Assembly: GCA_035948945.1 (NCBI GenBank)
Contig: DASZIQ010000048.1
Coordinates: forward strand, 14,253-78,252
From: Solirubrobacteraceae bacterium
GTDB taxonomy: Bacteria > Actinomycetota > Thermoleophilia > Solirubrobacterales > Solirubrobacteraceae
Direction: 5' to 3'
Length of the DNA: 64,000 nt
The position numbers and the translations under genes were made by a program. This document shows positions 63,816-64,000 of the stretch, one piece after another (the first letter of the stretch is position 1; the number at the start of each line of letters is the position of its first letter). The notes under the pieces were generated by a model, which ran no database searches, was not told the origin of the DNA, and saw only the letters and a program-made list of their open reading frames with translations.

Positions 63816-63836
63816 CCCGCCCGCCGAGCGGGCGGG
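63816..63836 (+). terminator. GC-rich hairpin (CCCGCCCG-CCGAG-CGGGCGGG) downstream of otsA, no U-tract
   Basis: 8-bp perfect stem, 20 nt after the otsA stop. I-shaped terminator candidate. Confidence 0.45.
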
Positions 63837-63925
63837 TCTGGATGGGTCGCGCAGTTCGGCCCCAGGGCCCATGTCACGGAAACGAAGGCGCCTGGAACGC
63901 CCTGTTATCATCCGCGCCCGTTCGC

Positions 63926-64000
63926 ATGACCCTGCCCGCACCCACATACGATCTCGTGCTGCTGCTCGACGCCGAGGCGGAGGAGCCGGCACGCGCGAAG
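63926..64000 (+). CDS. rpsF: Probable 30S ribosomal protein S6, N-terminal fragment (runs off the window)
   Basis: MTLPAPTYDLVLLLDAEAEE resembles the S6 N-terminus (YE.V.ILDP...EE). Only 25 codons are visible. Confidence 0.4.
   Translation, partial: MTLPAPTYDLVLLLDAEAEEPARAK

Noticed and set aside
1-64000. Search for rRNA genes, IS transposases, toxin-antitoxin pairs, restriction-modification or other recognisable defence genes.
   Set aside because: No translations showed the corresponding motifs (DDE/HUH transposases, methyltransferase motifs, Cas, abortive-infection NTPases). Only the recombinase/ImmA module at the left edge is mobile-element-like.

Overview
This is a very GC-rich chromosomal segment, about 70% or more by eye. 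The gene content looks actinobacterial, perhaps Thermoleophilia/Rubrobacteria-like: TreT, a split b6-type Qcr complex and a class E sortase. That lineage guess is inference only. All calls come from reading the ORF translations and the DNA by eye; no database or covariance-model searches were run.

**Layout**
- nt 1-2702: the integrase-proximal end of an integrated element. It carries an ImmA-like peptidase, a degenerate resolvase-domain protein and a large serine recombinase whose ORF runs into tRNA-Lys(CUU).
- The rest is mostly housekeeping:
  - purU, tatC, and a qcrABC-menG-polyprenyl synthase block.
  - A hemB / siroheme-decarboxylase-like / hemL heme cluster.
  - ABC-2 exporter, AI-2E transporter, ddl, PBP1A, infA, thiL, pyrE, tRNA-Arg(CCU), and treT-otsA.
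- nt 30993-42372: an amine/guanidino-compound uptake and catabolism cluster.

**Most unusual observations**
1. A 1264-aa ORF fuses a polytopic membrane domain, GGDEF, EAL and an alpha-oxoamine synthase (BioF/KBL/SPT/CqsA-type) domain. An MFS transporter follows it.
2. A REP-like palindromic ~49-nt element family sits inside reading frames at gene junctions. One copy lies exactly at an in-frame ABC-ATPase::class-III aminotransferase fusion. Others form a translated C-terminal tail in front of a GTGA-coupled sortase gene.
3. Several G-quadruplex-prone CCCACCCACCC motifs occur, one spanning a start codon.
4. Gene 3' ends are duplicated in two places, and there are several degenerate tandem-repeat arrays.

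Many long ORFs in the track are antisense or out-of-frame shadows typical of high-GC DNA, and I rejected them. I found no rRNA, CRISPR array or transposase.
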